A stretch of DNA of 64,000 nucleotides from positions 8,733-72,732 of the IMG/VR virus record IMGVR_UViG_3300009873_000009; one strand, written 5' to 3'. Numbering within the stretch: the stretch's first letter is position 1; every line of letters begins with the position of its first letter. The notes beneath the pieces were generated by a model. It did not search any database. It was not told the DNA's origin and saw only the letters and a program-made list of their open reading frames with translations. This document shows, piece by piece, positions 63,560 through 64,000 of this stretch. The stretch is from a virus (taxonomy: Duplodnaviria; Caudoviricetes). Made by a program: the position numbers and the translations under genes.

Positions 63560-64000
63560 ATGGCGAGTTTCAAGCGGAGCGAGATCGTTGCCCTGTTCAA
63601 AGCCCTGGAGTTTGACGCCGCCGACGAGTGGAACAACGCTCGTCTCGTGGCCAAGCTCAAGAAGCTGGATCAGGTGATTGAGGAGGACGCCGACGCCGGC
63701 GACCACAAGGATCTCCTGAAGAAGGTGCTGAAGGCCGTCAAGGCCAAGGAGGAGATCGAGATCACCGACGACGAGGACGCCGACGAGAAGCCGGCCAAGA
63801 AGGGCAACGCCAAGAAGGCCAAGGCCGCCAAGGAGGCGGAAGCGGACGACGACGAGGACGACTCCGACGAGGACGACTCCGACGAGGACGACTCCGACGA
63901 GGACGACTCCGACGAGGACGACTCCGACGAGGACGACTCCGACGAGGACGACTCCGACGAGGACGACTCCGACGAGGACGACTCCGACGAGGACGACTCC
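63560..64000 (+). CDS. K/D/E-rich protein, 3'-truncated by window
   Basis: AGGAG RBS; MASFKRSEIV...KKAKAAKE then (DEDDS)n. Confidence 0.7.
   Translation, partial: MASFKRSEIVALFKALEFDAADEWNNARLVAKLKKLDQVIEEDADAGDHKDLLKKVLKAVKAKEEIEITDDEDADEKPAKKGNAKKAKAAKEAEADDDEDDSDEDDSDEDDSDEDDSDEDDSDEDDSDEDDSDEDDSDEDDSDEDDS
63851..64000 (+). repeat. perfect 15-bp tandem repeat (GACGAGGACGACTCC) x10 or more
   Basis: Ten identical units run to the window end. Confidence 0.95.

Noticed and set aside
63851-64000. Possible CRISPR array
   Set aside because: Contiguous 15-bp units with no spacers, in frame within a CDS. No CRISPR array or cas genes were seen in the window.

Overview
This is a 64-kb, GC-rich piece of a tailed dsDNA phage genome, probably a siphovirus. 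The host is not proven; a CsrA-like domain, planctomycete-style secreted proteins and a peptidase-type lysis block suggest Planctomycetota or a relative. There are three blocks. (1) 1-12.8 kb, + strand: replication, recombination and repair genes. These include a family-A DNA polymerase split into separate exonuclease and polymerase ORFs around a CsrA-MazG fusion, a DnaX-like clamp loader, UvsY-like, gp32-like SSB, RecA/UvsX, 5'-3' exonuclease, Holliday junction resolvase, Mre11 and a split Rad50. (2) 12.8-48.5 kb, - strand: terminases, portal, MuF head protein with extra domains, lysis block, prohead protease, major capsid, neck and tail genes with a G/GT -1 frameshift, tape measure, a Cys/Thr-rich protein, two glycosyltransferases and a thermonuclease. 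(3) 48.5-64 kb, + strand: a non-coding repeat region, then early genes, a MoxR AAA+/VWA pair, sigma-like factor, SNF2 helicase, primase, initiator with an internal ori-like structure and DnaB helicase. The standout feature is five complete type II hammerhead ribozymes in 1.55 kb (49274-50819). They delimit the first early genes as ribozyme-RBS-ORF cassettes and should cut the early transcript into defined, possibly circularisable RNAs. Other notable items are a D-armless tRNA-like element, an unnamed ~60-aa domain shared by a virion protein and two early proteins, and mucin-like poly-Thr tracts in several structural proteins encoded near glycosyltransferases. All calls come from reading motifs by eye; no database searches were run.
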